From positions 28,274,001-28,338,000 of the forward strand of contig CM059433.1 in the NCBI GenBank assembly GCA_030390025.1: DNA of 64,000 bases, in the 5' to 3' direction. This document shows, piece by piece, positions 61,964 to 64,000 of the stretch. The position numbers and the translations under genes are program-made. The stretch's first letter is position 1, and each line of letters opens with the position of its first letter. The stretch is from Squalus acanthias. Taxonomy: Eukaryota. The notes beneath the pieces are model-generated. The model saw only the letters and a program-made list of their open reading frames with translations. It had not been told where the DNA came from and searched no databases.

Positions 61964-63813
61964 CATGATGTGGAGATGCCGGCGTTGGACTGGGGTGGAC
62001 AAAAATGAGAAGTCGCACAACACCAGGTTATAGTCCAACAGATTTATTTAAAATTACAAGCTTTCGGAGCTGTCGCCCCTTCCTCAGGTAGAGTTACTGT
62101 GAGACAATCTACCAGAATTCACAGAATATAAACACAGAGAAAATGCAGAGATTCAATCTATCCTTGCATCAAAGACATACTAAGAGCACAGCCAAGACAA
62201 TGAGATGTGTCCCAGGGGGTCCAACGTGTCAAAACACCTGCTGGCTGCATATCCTCTCCATTTGGGTTGGTTTCTTGTGTTTGTTTTTTTAAAAAGCTGG
62301 AAAGACCGGCAACGATGTCAAGTCACGTTCTGTAGCGTGACATGAACCCGATATCCCGATTGAGGCCGTCCTCATGAGTGCGGAACTTGGCTATCAGTTT
62401 CTGCTCGATGATTTTGCGTTGTCGTGTATCCCGAAGGCCGCCTTGGAGAACGCTAACCCGCAGATCCGAGGCTGAATGCCCTTGACTGCTGAAGTGTTCC
62501 CCGACTGGGAGGCAACCCTCCTGCCTGGCGATTGTTGCGCGGTGTCCGTTCATACGTTGTCTCAGTGTCTGCATGGTCTCGCCGATGTACCATGCTCTGG
62601 GGCATCCTTTACTGCAACGTATCAGGTAGACAACGTTGGCCGAGTCACATGAGTATGTACCATGTACCTGGTGGGTAGTGTCCTCACATGTGATGACGGT
62701 ATCTGTGTCCATGATCTGGCATGTCTTGCAGAGGTTGCCGAGGCAGGGTTGTGTGGTGTCGTGGTCGCTGTTCTCCTGAAAGCTGGGTAATTTGCTGCGA
62801 ACGATGGTACTTTTGAGGTTAGGCGGCTGCTTGAAGGCGAGTAGTGGAGGCGTGGGGATGGCCTTAGCGAGGTGTTCGTCGTCATCGATGACATGTTGAA
62901 GGCTGCGAAGAACATGGCGTAGTTTCTCCGCTCCGGGGAAGTACTGGATGACGTAGGGTACTCTGTTGGTTGTGTCCCGTGTTCGTCTTCTGAGGAGGTC
63001 TATGCGGTTTTTCGCTGTGGCCCGTCGGAACTGTCGATCGACGAGTCGAGCGTCATATCCCGTTCTTACGAGGGCGTCTTTCAGTGTCCGTAGGTGTCCA
63101 TCGCGTTCCTCCTCGTCTGAGCAGATCCTGTGTATTCGCAGGGCTTGTCCATAGGGGATGGCTTCTTTAACGTGGTTAGGGTGGAAGCTGGAGAAGTGGA
63201 GCATCGTGAGGTTGTCCGTGGGCTTGCGGTAGAGTGAAGTGCTGAGGCGTCCGTCTTTGATGGAGATTCGTGTGTCCAAGAATGAAACCGATTCTGAGGA
63301 GTAGTCCATGGTGAGTTTGATGGTGGGATGGAACCTGTTGATGCTATCGTGTAGTCCTTTCAGTGATCCTTCGCCGTGGGTCCAAAGGAAGAAGATGTCG
63401 TCGATGTATCTGGTGTACAGCGTTGGTTGGAGGTCCTGTGCAGCGAAGAAGTCTTGCTCGAACTTGTGCATGAAGATGTTGGCGTATTGGGGTGCGAATT
63501 TGGTCCCCATGGCTGTTCCGTGTGTTTGGGTAAAAAACTGGTTGTCGAAGGTGAAGACATTGTGGTCAAGGATGAAGCGGATGAGTTGTAGGATGGCGTC
63601 TGGAGATTGGCTGTTGTTGGTGTTGAGTACTGAGGCTGTCGCAGCGATGCCGTCATTGTGGGGGATATTGGTGTAGAGTGCCGATACGTCCATCGTGGCG
63701 AGGAGTGTTCCTGGTTCAACTGGTCCATGGGTGCTGAGTTTCTGCAAGAAGTCTGTAGTGTCGCGACAGAAGCTGGGGGTTCCCTGTACGATGGGTTTCA
63801 GGATGCCCTCGAC
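61964..63813 (-). mobile_element. Penelope-like retroelement, 5'-truncated, with RT and GIY-YIG endonuclease
   Basis: Frame open from about 63813 to 62323 with RT motifs (MDVSALYTNI, GTAMG, YIDDIF) and GIY-YIG (NVVYLIRC..WYIGET..LRQRMNGH). 8-bp direct repeat GTAATGAA at 61956-61963 and 63814-63821. Confidence 0.95.
62055..62090 (-). ncRNA. Minimal hammerhead ribozyme-like motif in the Penelope 3' terminal region
   Basis: Minus strand reads TAC-CTGAGGA-A-GGGGC-GACA-GCTCC-GAAA-GC-TT-GTA: core boxes, stem II, palindromic AGCT stem III, stem I TAC/GTA. Confidence 0.75.
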
Positions 63814-64000
63814 GTAATGAAGTACAAGGATATTTTGGTGGAGCAGCTCGAATGATTGAGGGGATTGGATTATGAGGTGTGATTATGTAAATTGGGCATG
63901 TTCTCACTTGAAAAGAAGTTGAGAGGGGATATGATTGCTGTTTTTAGGTTTCTAAAGGGACTGGCTTATGTAGACCATGACGAGCTGTTTCACCTTGTCC

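Noticed and set aside
63308..63728. Alternative-frame and antisense ORFs over the Penelope RT
   Set aside because: They are shadow ORFs of a GC-rich coding sequence.
44101..64000. Next PRIM2 coding exon
   Set aside because: No convincing exon with suitable splice sites and similarity was found by eye. It may lie beyond the window or have been missed.

Overview
Repeat-rich vertebrate genomic DNA. The repeat content (DeuSINE/SacSINE1-like SINEs, many CR1 and L2 remnants, Penelope-like elements) points to a cartilaginous fish. Two divergent genes are present. RAB23 is complete on the minus strand: six coding exons, 714 nt, 237 aa, plus an inferred non-coding first exon at about 34.9 kb. PRIM2 (primase large subunit) has its first four coding exons on the plus strand, and exon 3 as written carries a frameshift. 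The region between them is unusual: a ~5.4 kb 26-bp minisatellite starting exactly at the inferred RAB23 exon-1 splice donor, nine co-oriented CTCF-like motifs spaced by (TCAG)n, and a duplicated NF-Y/E2F module. A young 5'-truncated Penelope-like element and several short non-autonomous derivatives carry minimal hammerhead-ribozyme motifs with visible covariation. Other points are a 180-bp intronic hairpin, two MITE-like families and a 30-bp micro-inversion inside a CR1. All calls were made by eye; no searches were run.
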